Shown one piece after another: positions 33,114 to 42,143 of a stretch of DNA of 64,000 nt. The DNA lies in NCBI GenBank assembly GCA_000004985.1, contig GG738933.1. One strand, written 5' to 3'. This stretch comes from Naegleria gruberi (Eukaryota). The notes under the pieces were generated by a model. The model searched no databases. It saw only the letters and a list, made by a program, of their open reading frames with translations, and was not told the DNA's origin. The position numbers and the translations under genes are program-made. The first letter of the stretch is position 1. Each line of letters starts with the position of its first letter.

Positions 33114-35369
33114 ATGCAATCAGAGCCTTTAACGTATCAATTTTTTAATCAGTGCATTGATCTGCGGAGGGAGGATGATAAATTCTTCATGATTGATCTT
33201 TCCGATGCCGATAATATTGTTAAACGATTGGTCTTTAATATTATTGACAATAATGTGGAGACTGGATATTCGGTTGAACATTTGGTGTGGGATTGGGAGA
33301 GTGATTTGATGAATCAATTGTTGGATGGAACGAAGAGACCTATCAGAGCTTCTGCTAGGTATATAACCATGAAGAATAGATGTTGTTCTGGAGAGTATTG
33401 TCATTTCATGTGGAATGGTGTCGAAACATTTGATGAAATGTTACTTTCTCCAGTGCCAAAAGCTAATGAGAAGGGATCTGCATTTGTTGGTGATGGTGAA
33501 TTATTGATGATTTCCACAAGTGAAGTTCCATTTATTGAGAGAGGAAAGAGCAAAATTTTCACAATGGAGAAATGTACTGAGGTGCCAAGTGTCACATATA
33601 ACACGACTGATTTTTGCACTGTTATTACCATTCCATGCAGTAATGTTTTGGAACGAGATTATTCATTGACTGCCTTTTATGCAAGTTCAAATGTTTTTTT
33701 ATTTGATTTGAAGAGTGACAAGTTTTCAACTACACCAATTCAATTCATTCATCCAGACAATTTATTTTACTTTAAAGAGGCATTTATTGAATCATGCATT
33801 GTTCCATACTTGGAGGGGAGTAGAATGAGAGTTTTTGTTTGCCAAAAAGAAAGATTATTTGAATTAGTTTGGTCTGGAGAGGAATTTAAAAGTCCACTAC
33901 AAATGATTAGACATTTAGAATTTGTCCAATCAGTGTTTTCTATTACAAGGATGGACAATATTGGTCTTTTAGTTAGATCTAAAGATATTAATCAGAAAAT
34001 TCAATATCATATCTATGAACCAGAACTATACAACTCCAATCAATCTCAGAAGGAAGGTATTTGGAGATTTATCACAAATGTTGATGGAAATCTCTCCTCA
34101 TATCTGTATGCTCCAAAATCAAAATCACTTGTCTATAGGAAGGGCATTGAGTATACCAAATATTTATCGTTTGAGGAAATTATGAAAATGCCTTCTAATA
34201 GAATTAGAGAAGTTTTTGATGAAGAGAATTTTGAAAAATTCAAAGAATACGATGCCTCATTTAATGTTTACACACCACGTTGTAAAAGTAAAGCCATTGA
34301 AAAGGTTACCTTTGTTAAACCAAACCAGAGAATCAATGAGGCCTATCAAATCAAATTAGAACATATAGACCATATTGAAATAGTTGCAGGAATTAATTGT
34401 AAGGAGTTTGCGGAGAAACTTGGACAATTTATTTCAAAGGACTATGTGGAATTGACTCCAACAGACTTGGCTGATTATCTTGGAGCTCCATTAGTCTACC
34501 TCCATAAATGGGGAGGAAATAATTTAAGTCATGAATACTTTATTAGAGACATGCAATATCACAAAAGAACTAGCTCAGTTATTGAGCTAGGTAAATGTTT
34601 AAATGGGGGACTAGGAGGAAGTACAACAGACATTTCAAATCTCACATTCCTTGGAATCGTACAAGGTAAGCCATTTGATAGTTCTGAGGAGGATAATGCA
34701 GTTGAAGAAGAAGAAGAAGCTGAATATCAACAATTGTTTAAAAATACGCAATTTCGAATGGAGTCCAATACAATGCTCGCTACTGATCCCTTCCTTTCGG
34801 ATGGTGGCGTTTATTTTGAAAATGTAAGGGAAGGTCTGTGGCAATGGAATACCACAAACAAGCAACAGGGTTATTGTGATGGCGGATATTTCGACCCTAA
34901 TGTTACTGCTCAATTTGTTGCTGTACACACTGATTATTTGCATCTACTCAATACATCAAATATTTGGCTAATACCCAAAGATAGAACTGAAGAGTATGGT
35001 GGTGAGTATAACAGAAATGAATACCTTAATTATGAGATGGAGGGAGGATGGTTCCAAATGAGGTTGGGTGTTTCCTCAGATTGTGCAGTTGTTGGTCTAT
35101 TTGACCAAAAGTATTTTAATGATGAGAATGTTTTACCTGCCAGTAAGGTTAGACAAAAAAGTCTTCTCGAAGCTAATTTCAAGTTATGCTATGAACCTCC
35201 ATACCAAGAATATCTCACAAAGAAAATGGAGGAAGAAGGATTTCCTGATAAAATGGAAATGCCTTATGGTATCATTACATCATCAGGTTATGGAGATGGC
35301 TATTATCCAACATTGTTCAAAAAATCAGAGAAGGGAGATGTGATTGCTGTCAAGATATTCTTTGCTTAA
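33114..35369 (+). CDS. Hypothetical 751-aa protein. The C-terminal roughly 170 aa may be DUF4241-like (GDGYYP motif). It starts 58 bp after the ABCG stop.
   Basis: Long ORF with an ATG start. C-terminal CAVVGLFDQKYFND...GIITSSGYGDGYYPTLFKKSEKGDVIAVKIFF resembles the DUF4241 consensus recalled from memory; not searched. Confidence 0.5.
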   Translation: MQSEPLTYQFFNQCIDLRREDDKFFMIDLSDADNIVKRLVFNIIDNNVETGYSVEHLVWDWESDLMNQLLDGTKRPIRASARYITMKNRCCSGEYCHFMWNGVETFDEMLLSPVPKANEKGSAFVGDGELLMISTSEVPFIERGKSKIFTMEKCTEVPSVTYNTTDFCTVITIPCSNVLERDYSLTAFYASSNVFLFDLKSDKFSTTPIQFIHPDNLFYFKEAFIESCIVPYLEGSRMRVFVCQKERLFELVWSGEEFKSPLQMIRHLEFVQSVFSITRMDNIGLLVRSKDINQKIQYHIYEPELYNSNQSQKEGIWRFITNVDGNLSSYLYAPKSKSLVYRKGIEYTKYLSFEEIMKMPSNRIREVFDEENFEKFKEYDASFNVYTPRCKSKAIEKVTFVKPNQRINEAYQIKLEHIDHIEIVAGINCKEFAEKLGQFISKDYVELTPTDLADYLGAPLVYLHKWGGNNLSHEYFIRDMQYHKRTSSVIELGKCLNGGLGGSTTDISNLTFLGIVQGKPFDSSEEDNAVEEEEEAEYQQLFKNTQFRMESNTMLATDPFLSDGGVYFENVREGLWQWNTTNKQQGYCDGGYFDPNVTAQFVAVHTDYLHLLNTSNIWLIPKDRTEEYGGEYNRNEYLNYEMEGGWFQMRLGVSSDCAVVGLFDQKYFNDENVLPASKVRQKSLLEANFKLCYEPPYQEYLTKKMEEEGFPDKMEMPYGIITSSGYGDGYYPTLFKKSEKGDVIAVKIFFA

Positions 35370-35588
35370 TTTCAAATTTCACAAACCATATGATTTAACC
35401 ATTTGATGAAATGGATATGAACTAACCTCTCTTTTGTTGTGGTCATTTCACCGATTCACTGATTCACACCCTCATGGCTGCAAAACAAATGGTCGCTCCA
35501 CATCTTTAAAACCAAGCATGATCTAACCATCATTAAATTCCATAACAAAAAAAACAAATTTAATTCCCCAACAAAATAATCATCAACA

Positions 35589-35747
35589 ATGGCAAAGTGT
35601 GATTGGTGTTCGTTCAATGCTTCAACATTGTCTTCAATTAGCTGCAAGAATGGTTGCTCACACAAGGTTTGTCCTGGATGCAAGAGTTCTCCATCTGGAA
35701 AGGTCGGATTGAAATGTCCAACTTGTGGTAAGCCAGCTGGTTGGTAA
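35589..35747 (+). CDS. Small 52-aa zinc-ribbon-like protein with four Cys pairs (CDWC, CKNGC, CPGC, CPTC). It falls below the 60-aa cutoff of the ORF track.
   Basis: MAKCDWCSFNASTLSSISCKNGCSHKVCPGCKSSPSGKVGLKCPTCGKPAGW: 8 Cys in 52 residues with paired spacing. It overlaps the minus-strand track ORF 35456..35764, which I judge spurious. Confidence 0.4.
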   Translation: MAKCDWCSFNASTLSSISCKNGCSHKVCPGCKSSPSGKVGLKCPTCGKPAGW

Positions 35748-35935
35748 AAGTGATTCCTGCCCATTTCGTCTATTTGATATTGAACTATTTGATATCATTC
35801 ACAACATGAAATGTTTAATTTCTTCCACAAACTTGTAAATAAAATTTAATACATTATCCACAATTGATATTGAGCTATTATCAAAATTATTCAAAACATG
35901 AAATGTTTTATTTTCTTCCACAAACTAAGTAAAAA

Positions 35936-37024
35936 TTACCCCAAATTCAATACAAATGAAACAATGAATATAATCATAGAAATAAAGGTCAACTGAACAT
36001 TCCACTCAAACGAAGCATTTCCTCCAGAAGTTCCAGTAATATTCATAGTGATAAAAGTTCCAAATTGAGTTGAATCTCCAAAGAATGAAACCCTACATCC
36101 CTGACAAATATTTCTATTATTTCCAAGCCAAATAAACAAATCCAAAACATCAGCAATATAGGCATGGACAGTTCTATTCGAAACCATGGCCCATGCATCA
36201 TCGTAACCACCAATGACCTTGATAGTTGCCTTTTTAAAGGTGTTTTTCACGAAATTCTCATAGGAAGTATCAGCAGAAACGACAATAATAACTCCAGTGT
36301 TATCCAAATCTTCAATATTTTTGAAAATTAGAGTTTCGTTTTGGAGTTCACTTCTGAGCCAACCTTGATAACTAGTTCCATAAGCACCTGTGATAATTAT
36401 GATAAAATATAACAAATTTAGGTCAATCAAGTAGTAGTGAAAGTGAATTATTAACATGAATTTCACATTCATCCAAAAAAGGAAATGAATATCATATTAG
36501 AAACAAACCGAAACTTTTTGAAACCTACATTGAAAATGAGCCTGTGCCAATCTTTCTGCATTCCAATTCGTTGCTCCCACAATCACATCACACTCTCCAC
36601 TATCCACTCCCTTCTTCATAGTTGCAAAATATCCATTATCTGTTGGAAAGGTCTTGTAAACAGGATTCAATATTGGAATGTTATATTGTTTCTTGATGGT
36701 ATCCAACAGGAAAACACCTGAAGCTTTGTGGATTGTTATCCATGGCTCAAAAGCTTCGTAATCATAACAGAGATTCATAAAAGTTCTGTTAAAATCAAAA
36801 GTTTTAGGGAAATCAAGTTTTTGGCAGGTTGGGATTTTGACAAAGATGTTGTTTTTGGCGAGGACGTCTTGCCATTCTTTGGTTGCTACGTATTGACTAG
36901 TGGCAGCATCAATGACATCTGCAAAGTTTTTTGATACCTGACAGGTTATGAAATGATGAAGAGAAATAAGTAACAGTAGTGAAGAGACCACTAGTAAAGT
37001 GAGACTTTGAAATCTTGGTTTCAT
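35936..37024 (-). CDS. Secreted SBP_bac_3 / PBPb-like protein, paralog B, inverted relative to paralog A. Two exons; intron about 36399..36518 (GTAGGT donor). C-terminal hydrophobic tail.
   Basis: Signal peptide MKPRFQSLTLLVVSSLLLLISL. GVDSGECDVIVGATNW...AHFQ|C.AYGTSY and DNTGVIIVVSADTSYENF...IADVLDLFIWLGNNRN are collinear with paralog A. Confidence 0.65.
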
Positions 37025-38093
37025 GATTTTTTTTTCTGTTTGATTGGACCTGTCATGTCTACGATGATAATCATTGATTAGTGGCAGGTAGGGTGACTGG
37101 TTTTAAGTTGTTCCATAGCGAGTGTGCCCTTGGCTATTATTGAAAATAGTTTTACATCAATTAAAATGTATTTGAATATCATAACAAAGTTTCTAATATG
37201 GAATACTTTCTCCATTTCACAGCCACAGCAAAATTTTACCCGCCAATTTGAATGACATCTTTTTTGTGTTCACTTCTTACTGTAATTCATCTGTGTTTCA
37301 TCTCAACATCCTAAATCCTAATCATCTTATTTTGAACCAGCACACTATGTTTCGTCTCCTTTCCCTTAATATATGCGAACTAAACTTTTGGAAACCTGTC
37401 TTTCTGATGCTTTCTCCTCTTACGCTCATCAAACAGTGAAGGTGAATCATCTTCAGTTTGAGTTTCGTCTGTAAACAACTAAACTAATCTGCGGACTATG
37501 AAAATAGATGAAAAGATTGATGAAGTCTGTTATCTTTGAAACAGTTGAAGAAAAATAATGACCGTTCGAATGCTACCTTTAGAACTTGGCACCACATTCA
37601 GTTTCTCAGTTTCGAATAAATTTTATTGGACTACTAATTCGAATTGATTTGAGAATCATCATCTTAATGGATTCCGTTCAACATCAAATCGTTTTAACAG
37701 AACATCCTAAACCACTCCATTCTTAGGCTAACTATCTTATTTGAAACAGCATGAATCTGTCACCATTCAACTTTATGTCATCCTTCATTTGAACGTATGG
37801 TAAGATTTTCACCAAAACACACATCTCCTTGCACTATCCTTTCAAGTGTCTCCTTTCCATTCTCAGAAATTAAAAATCCTTTCACTGCAGAATTTCAAAA
37901 ACTTGAAAAAACTCGACAGTAAAAAATATTCAAAAAAAACACACAAACACCTGCAGCATCAACTTTGCTATCTTTGTTTTCCCTCCAAAATTTTCCCTCG
38001 CAAATTGTAGTTTTTTCAAGCCTTTCTTCTAATTTAATTGAGTTAAAGAACATCATTATCATCGAGAAGGCTTTTTAAAAGAAGAGAAGAAGG

Positions 38094-40427
38094 ATGTTTC
38101 TATCGGCAGCTGAAGGAAAATCGAGTAGTAAATCGGCTTCTCATGGTTCTCTTCATAATCAAGGTGGTAATAATAATAATGGAGGAGTAGTTGCCATGTC
38201 GAAATTAACTGTAATGAATTCTTCACGTGGTTTGGGATTATTATCCTCCTCGAAACGATCTTCGAGTTATGGTGATGAATTTTACAGACAATACGATCAG
38301 GATTCGAATAATTCGAATAATTTAATGATAACAACGACCACGACAAGTAATGTAGTTCCTGGATCTCCGAATATGAAGGGTAGTGTTGGAGTTGGAGGAT
38401 TGTATTATGCAAATTCTGTTTTGAATAATAATTTTGAATGGAGCTACAAAGTGGAGACACAGAAGGATGGTAGGAAACGGGCCAATAGTTTCAAAGATTT
38501 GTGTTTCATGTTACCGCTGCTTTCAATCATTAATACAAGTGCTTTCAATGTGGTGATGCAAAATGCTGGTCAACTGTTAGGAACAAATTCCGAAAATGGA
38601 AATATTTATACCAATGACAAAAGTTTATTTACAGTTTATCACCAAATAGATCGAGAGTTATCAAAATCATTAACTGGTGATGCTGTAAGTCCTGCAACAT
38701 CTTCTCCTATCAATGCCATTTTGATGCCGAATTCACCAGGCAGTTCACAAGATGTGTTGAGTGATTGCAATTCTGACTTGGTATTGTCGATACCAAATAG
38801 TCCTTCATCAGGTTCCTTACATCTCTATATGGAATCTCAACAAAAACAGCACTCACCAAGTGAATCTAACAGTAATATTCTAAATTTGAGAGAGAAATTC
38901 ATTCTTTTCATTGTAAATAATCACCCAAACCATTTAGGAAAACAATTTACCATGCATGCACACTTGAAAGAAGGTATAAGTGGTAAACAGTTGGCAGAAG
39001 TCTCTGTAAGAACCAAGCTCATGTTTCTCGACTTGTTTTATGGTTGCAGTAGAGTACATGCCAAGAAGCCAATTCAAAACTGTACAGATATTGTAGTATT
39101 GCTAGAGCAATTAACATACAATTTAGTTAGAACGAGTGGGGATGTAATTCTCGAAGAAATGGACATTGACATGATGAATCATATGGTTGAACAACAAACT
39201 TCATTGCCCTATTATAGACACATGTCTGAGGCAAAGAATTTCGACTGTGTGCAAAACGAAAGATTGAAAAACTTCCTAAACAATACTTTTTCCCGAATTT
39301 TCAAATCACCAGACGAATCAGAAAATCAAGATTCCATTTTTGCAGAACTTCTTTTAGAAATACGTTACATTTCTGATATGATTTATTTGGAAATGGAAGA
39401 CATTTATTCAATCTTTCAATCTATTGCACCATTCAAAGAAGCTGTAGAAGAATTTCTTGGCAAAGGAATTCAAGAAAATACACTTCCAATGCACATTGTT
39501 CAAATGTATAAGAAGAAACTAGAGGAAGAGAAAGCTTTCCAAACTGAAAAGAACCATCTCCTCTTAAGGGATCAAGATTTTCAAGCAAAGAACATTATCG
39601 ACAAGGATTGGAATTTGGTAAAGCACCTTTCGAGAGGACATGCCACCGATTGGAAGGTAGTTCACTCCCAAAGCCACAACGAATATAAGAAGAAACATTT
39701 GAAATCGCAAAACAATGATGAACAATTAATTAACCTATTCCCATACTCAATGATAGTGTACAATACCAAGCGACCATATCATACTGGAATAGATAGCAAG
39801 GATCTCAAGTCTAGTAAGATGGTTACAACTTTGGATTATTCGATTGAACAAGTGGCTAAAACATTTGGTCATGATTATGCTCTATCTGAAGAATTTTCAG
39901 AAGTGGAATTCACTGAATTCATTCCTCTCAATGAATCAAACTCACTACACAAATACCCTAGTTTTACCTTCAATGCCTCTGTTGAACTTGGATCCTCAAG
40001 TAAGAAGAAGAAAATGGAAGGAATCCTCTCTACCAAAATCTCCCTTGTAAATACACCAGGTAGAGGAAACGAATTGAATGAAATATGCTTTGTCTACAAG
40101 TCGTGTCAGGCCTCCTCGAATAAGAAGGAATCCATTATCATTTGGTGTGCCAGAGTTTTCACTAGAATCGACAATCATAGAACGAGACTATTCCAATTCA
40201 AGCTTTCGAATATTGGATCACTTTCATCCTCATTCCTCTCCTCCTCTAAGGCATTCCTTAAAAAGAATATATCTGAAGACCATTCTCGTATTCTAAAAGA
40301 ATTACAATCAGCTGAAAAGGATGAATTCCCAACTCCATCCGAATCAAATCACATCATGAGAACAATGCGAGATTATTGCCTGCATTATCACAACACGGAA
40401 CTCAAAGATTTAATTCGAAACAATTGA
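38094..40427 (+). CDS. Hypothetical 777-aa protein with an Asn/Ser-rich N-terminus and a helical C-terminal region.
   Basis: Long ORF with an ATG start; no domain recognised by eye. Confidence 0.5.
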   Translation: MFLSAAEGKSSSKSASHGSLHNQGGNNNNGGVVAMSKLTVMNSSRGLGLLSSSKRSSSYGDEFYRQYDQDSNNSNNLMITTTTTSNVVPGSPNMKGSVGVGGLYYANSVLNNNFEWSYKVETQKDGRKRANSFKDLCFMLPLLSIINTSAFNVVMQNAGQLLGTNSENGNIYTNDKSLFTVYHQIDRELSKSLTGDAVSPATSSPINAILMPNSPGSSQDVLSDCNSDLVLSIPNSPSSGSLHLYMESQQKQHSPSESNSNILNLREKFILFIVNNHPNHLGKQFTMHAHLKEGISGKQLAEVSVRTKLMFLDLFYGCSRVHAKKPIQNCTDIVVLLEQLTYNLVRTSGDVILEEMDIDMMNHMVEQQTSLPYYRHMSEAKNFDCVQNERLKNFLNNTFSRIFKSPDESENQDSIFAELLLEIRYISDMIYLEMEDIYSIFQSIAPFKEAVEEFLGKGIQENTLPMHIVQMYKKKLEEEKAFQTEKNHLLLRDQDFQAKNIIDKDWNLVKHLSRGHATDWKVVHSQSHNEYKKKHLKSQNNDEQLINLFPYSMIVYNTKRPYHTGIDSKDLKSSKMVTTLDYSIEQVAKTFGHDYALSEEFSEVEFTEFIPLNESNSLHKYPSFTFNASVELGSSSKKKKMEGILSTKISLVNTPGRGNELNEICFVYKSCQASSNKKESIIIWCARVFTRIDNHRTRLFQFKLSNIGSLSSSFLSSSKAFLKKNISEDHSRILKELQSAEKDEFPTPSESNHIMRTMRDYCLHYHNTELKDLIRNN

Positions 40428-40566
40428 ATCAACAATAACTCTGTAATTAAACAATATTTCAATACCTCAATACCTCCTTCAAGTACCAAGAATTCTTCTT
40501 CTCTATTTCCAACTTTACAACAATTTTATTGTAAAGTATAAATATTATTTAACCAATCAAAAAAAA

Positions 40567-42114
40567 ATGGGCAACAAACTATCATCACCACTCTCCTATT
40601 TTTCTAACGGCACAAATAATAATGATAGTAATGATAACAATGATGATAACGATGATGAATATTCATCAAGTTCCGATCATCATAAACGTCGTCAAAAAAT
40701 AGAAGCAAAAGGTGGTTATGTATCGGTTCTCTCATATCATGATCAATTATTATTGGATCATTCACAAGTGTTGCAATGTAAAGCATTATTTCAGGCATTT
40801 GGTGAACATCAATTTGAAATTCAGGGAAATATCAATGCAAATATTTCAAAATATGTGCAGGGAAGTGAATATATTGTGAAAATTGCAAGTGGTGGGCATC
40901 ATACTGTATTATTGACGAGTTTGGGAAGGATTTTATCATTTGGAAAGAATTTGGATGGTCAAGTTGGATGGAAAACTGAGCTCAATCATTCGAATGATAT
41001 TGGAGAAGCAAAACCACTTTACAAATATACAAATGAGTTTGCTGTGGATGTGTGTTGTGGAAATAATCATACTGTCATTTTGACTAATCTTGGAAATTTA
41101 ATGGGATGTGGTTGGAATGCATATGGTCAACTTGCAGAAGGTCCACACAGTTCTCAATCATTGGATTATATCAAATTTAAAGCAAAAATTAGAATGGTTA
41201 GAGCTGGTAATAATGCTACTTGTATTTTAGATGCGGATGGAAGACTTTATTTGAGTGGAACTTTGCACATGACAGAATGTAGACTTGGAGAATTTACTTT
41301 AATGGATGATTTCTCTGCCAAGCTGTCAAAACATGAAAAAATTGTGGATTTTCAAGTTGGTGGCAGACAGGTAGTGGCTGTCTCATCAAAAAATAAGGTT
41401 TTCATCTTGGGAGAGGATTATATTGACAGAGGAGGTTCCAATTATAAGAGATTTACCAATGTGACAAGCAAGTTAGGATTTGATCCAATAGAATTGAAAA
41501 GCTTTTCTGTTGGTCTCTATCATTGTCTGTTCCTCACACATTCTGGAAGAATGTATGCAACTGGCTATAATGGATATGGTCAACTTGGAACTGGTGATTT
41601 TCAAGATTTGAATACACCAAAAGAAATTACCAAATTTTACAAAGTTGACCCAGAAAGTATCAAGAAAGGCATCACTGCAGAACAAGATAAGATTGAATAT
41701 TATGAATGTGCAGTTGCAAAAGATCCTGAATTCTACTCTGATGTTCACTTTATTGAGAAGAATGAATTTATAACAAGTATTCTCGCTGGATCATGTCATA
41801 GTTTGTTTGTGAGTAATTTGGGAACTATTTACGGTTGTGGTTATAATGCTTATGGTCAATTGGTGCTTCCACTCGAAGTGGTGGATGAATATGACGATGA
41901 TGCCGTTCCAGAACCAAAGGAAAAGAATCCAGATGTGAAACAGTTATTAATCGATACCACCCGTTCCAGTAATTTCATACTCTTTTCAAACTCTGCTGCA
42001 AATATTACTATTTTGGCTGAGAAACAAGCTATTAATCTTTGGATGTACAAGTGCTTGAAAAACAGAGCTATTGGAGGGGAATTGGGCGATGTTGTCTTTT
42101 CTTTTGATCAATAA
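40567..42114 (+). CDS. RCC1-repeat (beta-propeller) protein with an N-terminal MGNKLS myristoylation-like motif.
   Basis: Repeats GGHHTVLLTSLGRILSFGKNLDGQVG, CGNNHTVILTNLGNLMGCGWNAYGQLAEG, YHCLFLTHSGRMYATGYNGYGQLGTGD and GSCHSLFVSNLGTIYGCGYNAYGQL. Confidence 0.7.
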   Translation: MGNKLSSPLSYFSNGTNNNDSNDNNDDNDDEYSSSSDHHKRRQKIEAKGGYVSVLSYHDQLLLDHSQVLQCKALFQAFGEHQFEIQGNINANISKYVQGSEYIVKIASGGHHTVLLTSLGRILSFGKNLDGQVGWKTELNHSNDIGEAKPLYKYTNEFAVDVCCGNNHTVILTNLGNLMGCGWNAYGQLAEGPHSSQSLDYIKFKAKIRMVRAGNNATCILDADGRLYLSGTLHMTECRLGEFTLMDDFSAKLSKHEKIVDFQVGGRQVVAVSSKNKVFILGEDYIDRGGSNYKRFTNVTSKLGFDPIELKSFSVGLYHCLFLTHSGRMYATGYNGYGQLGTGDFQDLNTPKEITKFYKVDPESIKKGITAEQDKIEYYECAVAKDPEFYSDVHFIEKNEFITSILAGSCHSLFVSNLGTIYGCGYNAYGQLVLPLEVVDEYDDDAVPEPKEKNPDVKQLLIDTTRSSNFILFSNSAANITILAEKQAINLWMYKCLKNRAIGGELGDVVFSFDQ

Positions 42115-42143
42115 ATGTACATATTTCAAGAATTGGTGCCGAA

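Noticed and set aside
35456-35764. Minus-strand 102-aa track ORF
   Set aside because: It overlaps the plus-strand 52-aa CxxC-rich ORF, whose eight paired cysteines are unlikely by chance, and the minus ORF has no features of its own.
28671-37024. A recent inverted-repeat duplication at nucleotide level flanking the ABCG cassette
   Set aside because: The paralogs are only recognisably similar at protein level, with different intron numbers, so the duplication is old rather than a recent inverted repeat.
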